This document shows, piece after piece, positions 28,237 to 40,551 of a stretch of 64,000 bases of DNA. Position 1 is the stretch's first letter; each line of letters begins with the position of its first letter. The DNA is from an uncultured candidatus Porisulfidus sp. (GTDB lineage: Bacteria > Pseudomonadota > Gammaproteobacteria > Poriferisulfidales > Poriferisulfidaceae): positions 1,794,235 to 1,858,234 of the forward strand of contig OZ251520.1 of assembly GCA_965242985.1 (NCBI GenBank). Reading direction: 5' to 3'. A program made the position numbers and the translations under genes. Below the pieces are notes generated by a model, which was not told the DNA's origin, did no database searches, and worked only from the letters and a program-made list of their open reading frames with translations.

Positions 28237-29102
28237 ACGCGCTCGCGCGGGCCCTGCTGCCGGCCGCGCTGGCGCTGCCTTGCGCCGCGGCCGCGGACGA
28301 CGCGCTGCTGACCATCGCCTCCACCACCTCGACCGAGAACTCCGGCCTGTACGACCACCTGCTGCCGCGGTACGAGGCGCGCGCCGGGGTGCGCTTCAGG
28401 GTGGTGGCGGTCGGCACCGGGCAGGCGATCCGCAACGCCATGCGCGGCGACGCCGACCTGCTGATCGCGCACCACCGCGAATCCGAGGAGCGCTTCGTCG
28501 CCGGCGGCTACGGCCTCGCCCGCCGCGACCTGATGTACAACGACTTCGTGCTCGCCGGCCCGGCCGCGGATCCGGCGGCCGCGGCGGAAGCGCCGGGCGC
28601 GGCGGCGGCGTTCGCGCGCATCGCCCGGGCGCGGGCGCCGTTCGTCTCGCGCGGCGACGACAGCGGCACCCACAAGCGCGAGCGCGAGCTGTGGGCGGCG
28701 GCCGGGGTGGCCGTGGACGCGGCGCCGCCGAGCGGCGGCTGGTACTGGGAGGCCGGCGGCGGCATGGGCGCGACCCTCAACGTCGCCGCCGGGCGCGGCG
28801 CCTACGTGCTGTCGGACCGCGCCACCTGGGCCGCGTTCGGCAACAAGGGGAGCCTGCGCGTGCTGGTCGAGGGCGACCCCGCGCTGCACAACCAGTACGG
28901 CGTGATCCCGGTGAACCCGGCGCGCCACCCGCACGTGCGCGGCGAACTGGCGCGGGACTTCGTCGCCTGGCTGCTGTCGGCCGAGGGCCAGGCGGCGATC
29001 GCCGCGTTCCGCATCAGCGGCCAGCAGATGTTCTTCCCGAACGCGCGCCCGGCGCCCGCAGCCACGCCGGCGCGTCCAGGCCCAGCTCCGCCCGGCGGAT
29101 GA
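28233..29102 (+). CDS. tupA: Tungstate ABC transporter substrate-binding protein
   Basis: ASTTSTENSGL, VGTGQA, MYNDFV, FVSRGDDSGTH, GGGMGATL, LHNQYGVI. Confidence 0.92.
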   Translation: MNALARALLPAALALPCAAAADDALLTIASTTSTENSGLYDHLLPRYEARAGVRFRVVAVGTGQAIRNAMRGDADLLIAHHRESEERFVAGGYGLARRDLMYNDFVLAGPAADPAAAAEAPGAAAAFARIARARAPFVSRGDDSGTHKRERELWAAAGVAVDAAPPSGGWYWEAGGGMGATLNVAAGRGAYVLSDRATWAAFGNKGSLRVLVEGDPALHNQYGVIPVNPARHPHVRGELARDFVAWLLSAEGQAAIAAFRISGQQMFFPNARPAPAATPARPGPAPPGG

Positions 29103-30222
29103 AGAAGCGCCGGGCGGCGCGGCTGCGCCCGGCCAGCCCGAGCCCCGCGCCGCGCAGATCCGCCGCCCAGGGCGCGGCGAACCCGAAGCCCGCGCGGAAG
29201 CCCTCCAGCGTCCACTGCATGGCGCGCACCGGGCCCTTGCGGCGGCGCTCGTAGGCGCGCAGCGCGCGCGGGACGTCCGCCGGCCGCCGCGCCAGCTCCT
29301 CCGCCAGCACGGCGGCGTCCAGCAGGCCGAGGTTCTGGCCGAGGCCGGCGAGCGGGTGCACGACGTGCGCCGCGTCGCCGAGCAGCGCCGTCGAGCCCGC
29401 GCGCCAGCGCGGCGCGAAGCCGCGCCCGAGCGGCAGCAGCCGCCGCTCGCCTCGCAGCCGCATCTCGCCCAGGCGGCGGCCGAACGCCGCCGCCAGCTCC
29501 GCCGCGAACGCGCCGTCGTCCAGCGCCATCAGTTCGCCGGCGCGCGCGCTCGACCACACCAGCGAGTAACGTTTATTGAACAGCGGCAGCAGCGCCGCCG
29601 GCCCGTCCGGCGCGAAGCGCTGCCAAGCGGTCGGCTCGAACGCGGCCTCGGTCTCGACTTCGGCGGTGATGGCTTGCTGCGGGTGGGGATGGAAATCCCA
29701 GCCGAGGCCCGCGAGCGCGCGCGTCCGCGAGCGCGCGCCGTCGGCGCCGAGGGCCAGCCGCGCGGCCAGCCGCGCGCCGGAGGCGAGTTCGAGTTCCGCG
29801 CCCGCCGCGTCCGTCTTCAGTCCCGCGAGCTCGTCCGGGCAGCGCAGTTCCGCGCCCGCTTCCGCCAGCGCCCGGCACAGCGCGCGCGCCAGCTCGTCGT
29901 GCTCGACGATGTGGCCGAGCTCGGCCCGGTCCGCGTCCTCCGCGGTGAACGCGATGCCGGCGCCGTCCCCCTCCCAGACCTGCATGCGGGTCCACGGCGC
30001 GAGCCGTCCCGGATCCAGATGCTCCCAAGCGCCGCAGTGCTCGAGGATGGCGCGGGAGGCGCCGGTCAGCGCGAGCACCCGCGCCGCCGGCTCCGGGCCC
30101 GGCGCCGCCGGCGGCAGCGCGCGGGCGTCGACCACCGTCGCCGACCAGCCGCCGCGCGCCAGCAGCGCGGCCGCGGCCAGCCCGGCCGCGCCGCCGCCGA
30201 CGATCGCCGCCGCCTCAGCCAT
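29014..30222 (-). CDS. UbiH/UbiF/UbiI-family FAD-dependent hydroxylase (UbiI/VisC-like by position)
   Basis: IVGGGAAG, LGADGARS, LGDAAHVVHPLAGLGQNLG; follows ubiH. Confidence 0.88.
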   Translation of the reverse strand: MAEAAAIVGGGAAGLAAAALLARGGWSATVVDARALPPAAPGPEPAARVLALTGASRAILEHCGAWEHLDPGRLAPWTRMQVWEGDGAGIAFTAEDADRAELGHIVEHDELARALCRALAEAGAELRCPDELAGLKTDAAGAELELASGARLAARLALGADGARSRTRALAGLGWDFHPHPQQAITAEVETEAAFEPTAWQRFAPDGPAALLPLFNKRYSLVWSSARAGELMALDDGAFAAELAAAFGRRLGEMRLRGERRLLPLGRGFAPRWRAGSTALLGDAAHVVHPLAGLGQNLGLLDAAVLAEELARRPADVPRALRAYERRRKGPVRAMQWTLEGFRAGFGFAAPWAADLRGAGLGLAGRSRAARRFFIRRAELGLDAPAWLRAPGARSGRTSAGR

Positions 30223-31435
30223 GCCCGGCGCCGCGCGCCAATGCGGGCTGCGGCAGGTCCGCGCCCATGCCGAAGCGCACCAGGCGGGCGCGCAGCCCCG
30301 GCAGGCACTCGAGCGCGAACAGCCCGGCCGCGCGCAGCCCATGCGGCAGCGGGCCGCGGCCGAGGAACGCTTGCCCGCCCAGCAGGTCGGTGAACCAGGC
30401 CACGCGCCGGGCGTCGGCGTCGCGCGCGCGGGCGTACGCCTGCAGGAACTCCGCGCCGCCGAAGTCGGCGCCCGCGGCGGCGGCGCGGCGGACCTCCTGC
30501 GCCAGCCAGGCGGCGTCGCGCAGCGCCAGGTTGAACGCCTGCGCGGCCACCGGGTGGAAGCCGTGCGCGGCGTCGCCGAGCAACACGCTGCGCGGCCCGA
30601 CCCGGGCGCGCGCCCGGCGCAGGCGGAGGTCGAACACGTGCCGGGGCCCGATGCCGGTCACGATGCCGGCGCGGCCGCCCAGCGCCCGCTGCAGTTCGGC
30701 GCGGAATTGCGCCGCCGGCCGCCAGCGCGCCGCCCGCGCCCGGGCGCGCGCCTGCGCCCACACCAGCGTCCGCCCCCCGTCCGGGCGCGGCAGCAGCGCC
30801 AGCGGGCCCGCCGCGGTGAAGCGCTCGTAGGCCCAGCCGTCGGCCGCGCGGTCCAGCTCGACCCGCGCCACCAGCGCCGCCTGCCCCCGGTCGAGCGCGT
30901 CCGCCTCAAGCCCCAACCGTTCGCGCAGGCCGGAGCCGGCGCCGTCGGCCGCCGCCAGCAGCCGCGCCCGCAGCCGCTTCGGCGCGCCGGGGCCCGCCAG
31001 CTCCAGTTCGACCGCGTCCGCGCCCGCCGCCAGTGCCGCGACCGCGACGCCTTCATGCAGCGCGCAATCCGGCGCGTCCCGCGCGGCGGCGCGCAGCGCC
31101 GCCGCCAAGTCGTCCGCGGCGAGCACCCAGCCGAACGCCTCCAGCCCTTCGTCCGCGGCCCGCAGCCGCACCTGCCCGAAGCCGCCGCGCTGCGAGACGT
31201 CGATCTGCGCCACCGGCGCGGCGCGCGGCGCGAGCCCGGCCCACAGCCCGGCCGCGTCCAGGATCCGGCGGCCGCCGTCGGCGAGCGCGATGCTGCGCGG
31301 GTCGGCGGCCGGTTCCGCCCGGCGCTCCAGCACCGCGACGCGCAGGCCCGAGTCCCGCAGCAGCGCCGCCAGCGCGAGGCCGGCCAGGCCGCCGCCCGCG
31401 ATCGCGACGTCGCAGTCCCCGGCCGCGGCGCTCAT
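30215..31435 (-). CDS. ubiH: 2-octaprenyl-6-methoxyphenol hydroxylase
   Basis: IAGGGLAG, AADGAGS, AYERFTAAGPLALLP, LGDAAHGFHPVAAQAFNL; follows pepP. Confidence 0.85.
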   Translation of the reverse strand: MSAAAGDCDVAIAGGGLAGLALAALLRDSGLRVAVLERRAEPAADPRSIALADGGRRILDAAGLWAGLAPRAAPVAQIDVSQRGGFGQVRLRAADEGLEAFGWVLAADDLAAALRAAARDAPDCALHEGVAVAALAAGADAVELELAGPGAPKRLRARLLAAADGAGSGLRERLGLEADALDRGQAALVARVELDRAADGWAYERFTAAGPLALLPRPDGGRTLVWAQARARARAARWRPAAQFRAELQRALGGRAGIVTGIGPRHVFDLRLRRARARVGPRSVLLGDAAHGFHPVAAQAFNLALRDAAWLAQEVRRAAAAGADFGGAEFLQAYARARDADARRVAWFTDLLGGQAFLGRGPLPHGLRAAGLFALECLPGLRARLVRFGMGADLPQPALARGAGHG

Positions 31436-32738
31436 GCGGCCGCCGCGCCGACCAGGCGGCAGACCTCGTCCGGCTCGCTCGGCAGGTCCGCGCTCAGCAC
31501 CTCGGGGCCGGCGCGCCCGACCGCCACGTCGTCCTCGAGGCGCACGCCGACGCCGCGGAAGCGCTTCGGCACGCCGCGCATGCCGGGCGCGAAGTACAGC
31601 CCCGGCTCGACCGTCATCGTCATGCCGGGCTCCAGCCGCCGCCAAGCGCCGTCGACCCGGTAGGCGCCGGCGTCGTGCACATCCATGCCCAGCCAGTGGC
31701 CGGTGTTGTGCATGTAGAACGGCCGGTACGCCTCCTCCTTCCACAGCTTCCGCCAGTCGCCGCGCAGCACCCCCAGGTGCGCCAGCCCCCGGGTCAGGAC
31801 GCGGGTGGCGGCGCGGTGCATGTCGGTCCAGCGGTTGCCGGGGACGCAGCGGCGGATGGCGGCGCGCTGCGCCTCCAGCACCAGCTCGTAGACCTCGCGC
31901 TGCGGCGCGGTGTAGCGGCCGTCCACCGGCCAGGTGCGGGTCAGGTCGCTGGCGTAGTCGCCGAGCATGCCGCCGCTGTCGACCAGCACCAGTTCGCCGG
32001 GCTCGAGGCGGCGGGCGTTGGCGGCGTAGTGCAGCACGCAGGCGTTGGGGCCGGAGGCGACGATGCCGGGGTAGGCGAACTCCATGCCGCGGCGGCGGGT
32101 CTCGCGCAGCAGCTCGGCCTCCAGCTCGTACTCGAAGCGCCCGGGCGCGGTGGCCGCCATCGCCCGGCGCAGCGCCTGCCCGGCGGCGGCCGAGGCGCGG
32201 CGCATGAGCGCGACCTCGGTGCGGCTCTTGCGCAGCCGCAGCTCGTGCAGGCTGTGCTCCAGCGAGCGGTACTCCCGCGGCGGGTTGCGCCCGGCGCGGC
32301 CCTGCGGGCGCAGCCGCTGCGCCCACGCCGCCAGGCGGGCGTCGAACTCCGGCTGCGCGCCCGGCAGGCAGTAGACCGCGCGCCGGTTGGCCAGCAGCGC
32401 CGGCAGCAGCTCGTCGATGCGCCCGACCGGGTGCGCCTCGTCGGCGCCGTGGTCGGCGACCGCGCCCGCGGGCCCGGCCAGCCGCCCCTCCCAGCGCTCG
32501 CGCTGCGGGTCGCGCTTCTGGCAGAACAGCACGAACTCCCCCGCCGCGCGGCCGGGGATCAGCGCCGCCAGCGCCTCCGGCTCGCGGAAGCCGGTCAGGT
32601 ACAGGAAGTCGCTGTCCTGCCGGTGCGGCCAGTGCACGTCGCGGCTGTGCACGCGCAGCGGCGCGGCCGGCAGCAGCGCGATCGTGTCCGGCCCCATGCG
32701 CCGCATCAGGCGCGCGCGCCGCCGCGCGTACTCGCGCT

Positions 32739-32742
<4 letters not shown>
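31432..32742 (-). CDS. pepP: Xaa-Pro aminopeptidase
   Basis: HRQDSDFLYLTGF, LVDSGG, YASDLTRT, HNTGHWLGMDVHD, TVEPGLY, VRLEDD. Confidence 0.94.
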
Positions 32743-35215
<2,473 letters not shown>

Positions 35216-35218
35216 GGC

Positions 35219-35536
35219 TCAGCCCTCGATGGCCCGGATCTCGAGCTCGGTCCAGTGCTGCCGGTGGCCGATGCGGCTCTTGGAGTTCTGCCGCCGGCGG
35301 AAGCGCAGCACCGACAGCTTCGGCGCGCGGCCGTGCGCGGTGACCGCGGCGGTCACCCGGACGTCGTCCAGGTGCGGCGTGCCGACGCGCGGCGCCGCGC
35401 CCGCTTCGCCGGCCACCAGCAGCACGCGGTCGAACGCGACCTCGCTGCCGGGCGCGGCGTCGAGCTTCTCGACGCGGATCACGTCGCCGCTGGCGACGCG
35501 GTACTGCTTGCCGCCGGTCTCGATGACTGCATACAT
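35219..35536 (-). CDS. rplU: 50S ribosomal protein L21
   Basis: MYAVIETGGKQYRV...GHRQ. Confidence 0.97.
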   Translation of the reverse strand: MYAVIETGGKQYRVASGDVIRVEKLDAAPGSEVAFDRVLLVAGEAGAAPRVGTPHLDDVRVTAAVTAHGRAPKLSVLRFRRRQNSKSRIGHRQHWTELEIRAIEG

Positions 35537-35766
35537 GGATGGAACGGAGCGCTCCGCTGCGGGGCGCGCATTCTAGCCGAAGCGGGCGTCGGGCGCAAAT
35601 CCGGCGGGCGTTCGGCGCCCGGCAGGCCGGGCAAAGCGGGCGGCGCGGCCCCCGGCGGAGCCGGAAACCGCGGCGGGCATTCCAAGCCCGGAAAAGATGC
35701 AAGTATGAAATAGTATGCTATAGTGCGCTTATGGTATGACTATCCGCACCTTATGGAGGATCAAAT

Positions 35767-36024
35767 ATGACAATCGTCCGCAAGACCATCACCCTGACGG
35801 ACCAGCAGGAGCAGTGGCTCACGGCCAATGTCGAGGCCGGCCTGTTCGCGAACATCAGCGAGCACATCCGCGACCTGATCCGGAGCGCGCAGGAATCCGC
35901 GCGGGAATCGCAGGAAGAGATCGAGGCCATCCGGCAGAAATTGATCGAGGCCGAGCAGAGTCCGATCGTGCCGTTCGATCCCGAAGAGTTCAAGAAAGAG
36001 ATGAAAGCCAAATATGGCCGGTAA
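35767..36024 (+). CDS. parD: ParD-family (CopG/Arc/MetJ RHH) antitoxin
   Basis: TITLTDQQEQW...GLFANISEHIRDLIR; GGAGG RBS; overlaps parE. Confidence 0.85.
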   Translation: MTIVRKTITLTDQQEQWLTANVEAGLFANISEHIRDLIRSAQESARESQEEIEAIRQKLIEAEQSPIVPFDPEEFKKEMKAKYGR

Positions 36025-36334
36025 CGGACGCGGTTACCGGCTGCGCGCGACCGCGCGCCGGGACCTGCTGGAGATCTGGCGGCACACCCAAGCCCGGTGG
36101 GGAGAACGCCAGGCCGACAACTACCTCGACCAATTAGCCCGCGCGTTCCTGTTGCTCGCCCGCAACCCGGAACTCGGCGCCGCATGCGGCGGCGTTCGCG
36201 GATCCTACCGGAAGAAGCCGGCGGGCCGCCATGTCATCTATTACCGAATCGAAGACGGCGGCGTCATCGTGGCGCGCGTGCTGCATGGGCGCATGCAGGC
36301 GCGATGGCGCATCCGCGAGGCGGAGCGGAACTGA
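36014..36334 (+). CDS. parE: ParE/RelE-family toxin
   Basis: YRLRATARRDLLEIWRHTQARWGERQADNY...HVIYYRI...VARVLHGRM. Confidence 0.88.
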   Translation: MAGNGRGYRLRATARRDLLEIWRHTQARWGERQADNYLDQLARAFLLLARNPELGAACGGVRGSYRKKPAGRHVIYYRIEDGGVIVARVLHGRMQARWRIREAERN

Positions 36335-36440
36335 GGCCGGCGCCGCCCGGCGCCAAACCCGCCCCGGCGCTATACTCGCCCATCCGGCCGCCGCCAAGAA
36401 CGCCCGGCGGACCGCTCCAAAGAGTGAGGAGAAAATCGCC

Positions 36441-36731
36441 ATGACCGAATCGACCGGGACCGCGGACGACGCGCCGCGCGGCTCCACGCCCGAGCGCATC
36501 GAGGGCACGCGGGAGGAGTGCGAGGGCTTGTGGCAAGCGCTGCGCGCCATGGGCTACATGCCGCCGGACATGGAGATCCGCCGCGTCCCCGAGCACGACG
36601 AACCGGACCTCGAATACGAAGCCTGCTGCGTGCAGATCTGGAACAAGGAGCTGGCGCTGACGCCGCCCGCCCGGACCGGGCCGGAGCGGCCCGCGCCGCC
36701 CGAACAAGGCAAGCCCGTCACGCCGGACTGA
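36441..36731 (+). CDS. Hypothetical protein (96 aa)
   Basis: GAGGAG RBS before ATG 36441. Confidence 0.55.
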   Translation: MTESTGTADDAPRGSTPERIEGTREECEGLWQALRAMGYMPPDMEIRRVPEHDEPDLEYEACCVQIWNKELALTPPARTGPERPAPPEQGKPVTPD

Positions 36732-36732
36732 C

Positions 36733-37455
36733 ATGGGCCTGCGCTGCCTGTGCCTCGAGCACGTCCCCGAGGAGGGCCCGGCCGCCGTCGCGGCCGGCCT
36801 CGCCGCGCTGGGCGCGGCGCTCGAGCGGCGGCGGCTGTGCGAAGACCCCCGCCTGCCGGCGCATCACGACGGCTACGACCTGCTGCTGGTGATGGGCGGC
36901 CCGATGGGCGTGCATGACGCCGGCGAACACCCGTGGCTCGCGGCCGAGCTCGCGTTCATCCGGGCGGCGCTGGCGCGCGGCAAGCGCGTGTTCGGCGTCT
37001 GCCTCGGCGCGCAGCTGCTGGCGCGCGCGCTGGGCGCCGCGGTGCGGCCCAACCCGCACCAGGAGATCGGCTGGTCGCCGGTGCGCCTGACGCCGGAGTT
37101 CCGCGCCGCGCCGGCCGGGCGCGGCCTGCCGGAGCGGCTGCCGGCGCTGCACTGGCACCGCGACACCTTCGACCTCCCCGCGGGCGCGGTGCCCGTCGGC
37201 GCGAGCGGCGGCTGCGCCAACCAGGGCTTCCTGCACGGCGCGCAGGCGCTCGGCCTGCAGTTCCACCTGGAGATCGGCCCGCGCGAACTGCCGGGCCTGC
37301 TTTCGGCGTTCGCCGATCAGCTGGCGCCGGACCGCTTCGTGCAGGACGCGGCGACGCTGGAGCGCGAAACCGCCGCGCAAGCGCCGCAGGCGCGCGAGGC
37401 GCTGCGCGCGCTGCTCGCGGGCTGGCTGGGTCCGGCGGCGGCCGGAACGGCGTGA
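36733..37455 (+). CDS. Class I glutamine amidotransferase
   Basis: VMGGPMG, GVCLGAQL nucleophile elbow, WHRDTF, QFHLE. Confidence 0.9.
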   Translation: MGLRCLCLEHVPEEGPAAVAAGLAALGAALERRRLCEDPRLPAHHDGYDLLLVMGGPMGVHDAGEHPWLAAELAFIRAALARGKRVFGVCLGAQLLARALGAAVRPNPHQEIGWSPVRLTPEFRAAPAGRGLPERLPALHWHRDTFDLPAGAVPVGASGGCANQGFLHGAQALGLQFHLEIGPRELPGLLSAFADQLAPDRFVQDAATLERETAAQAPQAREALRALLAGWLGPAAAGTA

Positions 37456-37556
37456 GGAACCGGCGCGGCGCGCCGGTTCCTAGAGTCGGGAGAGAATGCG
37501 CGGGGCCTCGCCGGAGGCCCCGCGCGGGGAAGCGGCCGGGATCGGCCGCGGCCCGC

Positions 37557-37952
37557 TCAGCTGGCGGTGCCGGCGCTGCCGGCGGAAAGCACGGAACTGA
37601 CGCAGCCGAAGCAGGACGGCGTCGAGCTCACGGTGCCGGCCGAACCCACGGAGCCCGCCGAACTGGCCGAACTGCCGCCGGCGACGGCGGACAGCGACTG
37701 ATCCGACATGGCCATGTTCGGATCCGCGGCCATCACCATGTGGAACACGTCCGGCGTGTTCACGTGCAGCTGCACCTCGGCGTCCTCCGGCTCGATGCGC
37801 AGGTTCCGCGCCGCCAGCTCGCCGCGCGGGTCGGCTTCGAGGCGCGCCCGGAAATCCGGGTCGTCCCGGTAGTCCCGCGCCGCGTTGATCAGGGACTGCA
37901 GCATGTCGCGCCCTTGCCCAGGCTCGAATGCTTGGATGGAAAATTCGCTCAC
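37557..37952 (-). CDS. NHLP (nitrile hydratase-like leader) RiPP precursor peptide
   Basis: GGAGGAG RBS before GTG; leader DDPDFRARLEADPR...VNTPDVFHMVM...MSDQSLSAVAGG; 38-aa Ser/Gly/Ala/Thr/Cys core. Confidence 0.85.
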   Translation of the reverse strand: MSEFSIQAFEPGQGRDMLQSLINAARDYRDDPDFRARLEADPRGELAARNLRIEPEDAEVQLHVNTPDVFHMVMAADPNMAMSDQSLSAVAGGSSASSAGSVGSAGTVSSTPSCFGCVSSVLSAGSAGTAS

Positions 37953-38109
37953 CGGTTCTGACTCCTCCGCTCAGCGCGGCGTTGTTTGTCGTCGCGGACG
38001 CCGCCGGGCGTCCGGTCGCTAGGGCGGCAAAGGTTACCAGAGAAACCGGCGCGGGCGGTGCCAGCACATCTGCGAACCCCGCGCCGCCGCGCCCCGGCGC
38101 GCCCGCAAT

Positions 38110-38137
38110 TTGACATCGCCCCCGGATTCCTTATGAT
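38110..38137 (+). promoter_or_regulatory. sigma70 promoter of rpmH (TTGACA-16 bp-TATGAT)
   Basis: Consensus -35 at 38110-38115 and -10 at 38132-38137, 25 bp before the rpmH ATG. Confidence 0.75.
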
Positions 38138-38162
38138 TCGCTTCCCCGCCGGGGCCCCGCCG

Positions 38163-38297
38163 ATGAAACGCACGTTCCAGCCCAACAACCTGCGCCGCAA
38201 GCGCACCCACGGCTTCCGCGCCCGCATGCGGACCCGGGCCGGGCGCGCGATCCTCAACGCCCGGCGGCGCCGCGGCCGTGCGCGACTCGCCCCCTGA
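38163..38297 (+). CDS. rpmH: 50S ribosomal protein L34
   Basis: [22 protein letters not shown]. Confidence 0.97.
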   Translation: MKRTFQPNNLRRKRTHGFRARMRTRAGRAILNARRRRGRARLAP

Positions 38298-38658
38298 GCC
38301 GGACGCGGGCTCCCGGCGATACGCTTTCCCGCGCGGCCGCCGGCTGCTCCGCCCGCGCCAGTTCCGGGATGTCTACGCGAACAAGCAGGCCGGCCGGGCG
38401 CGCGGGCGCATCGTGGCGCTGGTCTGGGTCCCGAACGGCCTCCCGCAGGCGCGCCTGGGGCTCGCCGTCTCGCGCCGCGCGCTGCGCCGCGCCGCGCACC
38501 GCAACGCCCTCAAGCGCCAGGTGCGCGAGCACTTCCGCCGCCACCCGCTGCCCGGCGTCGACCTGATCGTGAGCTGCCGCCGCGGCCTGCGCCCGCCGCT
38601 CGACGCCCGCGCGGTGCGCGCCGACCTCGCCCGGCTGTGGCCGCGGGTGCGGCCGTGA
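38278..38658 (+). CDS. rnpA: Ribonuclease P protein component
   Basis: [32 protein letters not shown]; start uncertain. Confidence 0.9.
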   Translation: MRDSPPEPDAGSRRYAFPRGRRLLRPRQFRDVYANKQAGRARGRIVALVWVPNGLPQARLGLAVSRRALRRAAHRNALKRQVREHFRRHPLPGVDLIVSCRRGLRPPLDARAVRADLARLWPRVRP

Positions 38659-38885
38659 GCCGCCTGCTGATCGGCTGCCTGCGCGCCTACCGGTTCGCGC
38701 TGTCGCCGTTCCTCGGCCAGCACTGCCGCTTCCACCCGACCTGCTCGCAGTACGCGATCGACGCGCTGCGCATGCACGGCGCCGGGCGCGGCCTGCTGCT
38801 CGCGGCGCGGCGGCTGCTGCGCTGCCACCCCTGGCACCCGGGCGGCCCCGACCCGGTGCCGGAGCGCGTCCGCCGGCATGGCTGA
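38655..38885 (+). CDS. yidD: Membrane protein insertion efficiency factor
   Basis: [36 protein letters not shown]. Confidence 0.93.
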   Translation: MSRLLIGCLRAYRFALSPFLGQHCRFHPTCSQYAIDALRMHGAGRGLLLAARRLLRCHPWHPGGPDPVPERVRRHG

Positions 38886-40551
38886 CTCGCGGCTGTTCCT
38901 GTACGGCGCGCTGCTGGTGCTGCTGTTCCTGGTCTGGCAGACCTGGGAGCAGGAGCGGGCCCCGGCGCCGGCCGCGCGCGGCACCGGCGAAGCGGCCGAG
39001 GCGCGGCCGCGGCCGCCGGACGCGGAGCCGGAGCGCGACGTCCCCGAGGCCCGCGCCGCCGACGTGCCGGCGCCGGTCGCGCGCGCCGGCGGCGGCGAGC
39101 GGATCCGCGTGCGCACCGACGTGCTGGAGCTGCTGCTGGACACCCGCGGCGGCAGCGTGGTGCAGGTCGACCTGCCGCGCTTCCCGGTGTCGCTGGAGCG
39201 CCCGGACGCGCCGGTGCGGCTGCTGTACGCCGACGAGGAGACCTACACCGCGCAGAGCGGCCTGACCCACGACGCGGTGGCGGGCGCCGACCGCCGCGGC
39301 CGCGCCCCGACCCACAAGGACGCGTACCGCGCCGAGCGGCTCGACTACGACTTCCGCGGCGCCGACGCGCCGCGCGCGGTGGCGCTGCACTGGCGCGGGC
39401 CGGACGGCGTCGAGGCGCGCAAGACCTACCGCTTCGCGCCGGGCCGCTACCTGATCGAGGTCGAGCACGAGCTGCGCAACGGCTCGGACGAGGAGTGGGT
39501 CGGCCGCCAGTACCGGCAGCTGCGCCGCAGCGCCGGGCGCGCCCCCGACCGCACCTCGGCGCTGTTCGGCAACACCCAGGCGCTGTCGTTCATCGGCGCT
39601 GCCTACCACGACGCCGAGACCTACCACAAGCTGTCGTTCGGCGACCTGGAGGAGCGCGAGTTCGCCGAGACCTACACCGACGGCTGGATCGCGCTGCTGC
39701 AGCACTACTTCGTGTCGGCCTGGATCCCGGAGCGCGGCGCGGCCGAGCACTACTACACGCGCGTCATCCGCGGCGACCGCTACCCGGAGTACATCATCGG
39801 CATGCACTCGCCGGCGGCGCGCGTCGCGCCCGGCGGCCGCGCCACGTTCGCGACGCAGCTGTACGTCGGGCCGAAGGAGCAGAACCGGCTGGCGGAGATC
39901 GCCGACGGCCTCGACCTGACGGTCGACTACGGCATCCTCACGGTGCTGTCCAAGCCGCTGTTCTGGGTGCTCGACTGGATCTACGCGCTGGTCGGCAACT
40001 GGGGCTGGGCGATCGTGCTGCTGACGGTGCTGATCAAGCTGGCGTTCTACAAGCTGTCCGAGGCCAGCTACCGCTCGATGGCGAAGATGCGCAAGTTCTC
40101 GCCGCGCTTCCAGCAGCTGCGCGAGCGCTACGCCGACGACCGCGCCAAGCTGAACGAGGCGATGATGAAGATGTACCGCGAGGAGAAGGTCAACCCGCTC
40201 GGCGGCTGCTGGCCGATCCTGGTGCAGATCCCGGTGTTCATCGCGCTGTACTGGGTGCTGCTGGAGAGCGTCGAGCTGCGCCAGGCGCCGTTCATCGGCT
40301 GGGTGCAGGACCTGTCGGTGCGCGACCCCTACTACGTGCTGCCGGTGCTGATGGGCGCCAGCATGCTCGTGCAGACCAAGCTCAACCCGACCCCGCCGGA
40401 CCCGTTCCAGGCCAAGCTGATGATGGCGCTGCCGGTGGTGTTCACGGTGTTCTTCCTGTTCTTCCCGGCCGGCCTGGTGCTGTACTGGCTGGTCAACAAC
40501 CTGCTGTCGATCGCCCAGCAGTGGTACATCATCCGCCGCATGGACGCCTGA
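38878..40551 (+). CDS. yidC: Membrane protein insertase YidC
   Basis: [40 protein letters not shown]. Confidence 0.97.
   Translation: MADSRLFLYGALLVLLFLVWQTWEQERAPAPAARGTGEAAEARPRPPDAEPERDVPEARAADVPAPVARAGGGERIRVRTDVLELLLDTRGGSVVQVDLPRFPVSLERPDAPVRLLYADEETYTAQSGLTHDAVAGADRRGRAPTHKDAYRAERLDYDFRGADAPRAVALHWRGPDGVEARKTYRFAPGRYLIEVEHELRNGSDEEWVGRQYRQLRRSAGRAPDRTSALFGNTQALSFIGAAYHDAETYHKLSFGDLEEREFAETYTDGWIALLQHYFVSAWIPERGAAEHYYTRVIRGDRYPEYIIGMHSPAARVAPGGRATFATQLYVGPKEQNRLAEIADGLDLTVDYGILTVLSKPLFWVLDWIYALVGNWGWAIVLLTVLIKLAFYKLSEASYRSMAKMRKFSPRFQQLRERYADDRAKLNEAMMKMYREEKVNPLGGCWPILVQIPVFIALYWVLLESVELRQAPFIGWVQDLSVRDPYYVLPVLMGASMLVQTKLNPTPPDPFQAKLMMALPVVFTVFFLFFPAGLVLYWLVNNLLSIAQQWYIIRRMDA

Noticed and set aside
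35767-36334. parDE as a novel system
   Set aside because: Canonical type II TA pair; listed as a feature only.
36733-37455. GATase as a tailoring enzyme for the neighbouring RiPP precursor
   Set aside because: Convergent orientation, ordinary stand-alone class I GATase, and no RRE or ATP-dependent partner; adjacency alone is not evidence.
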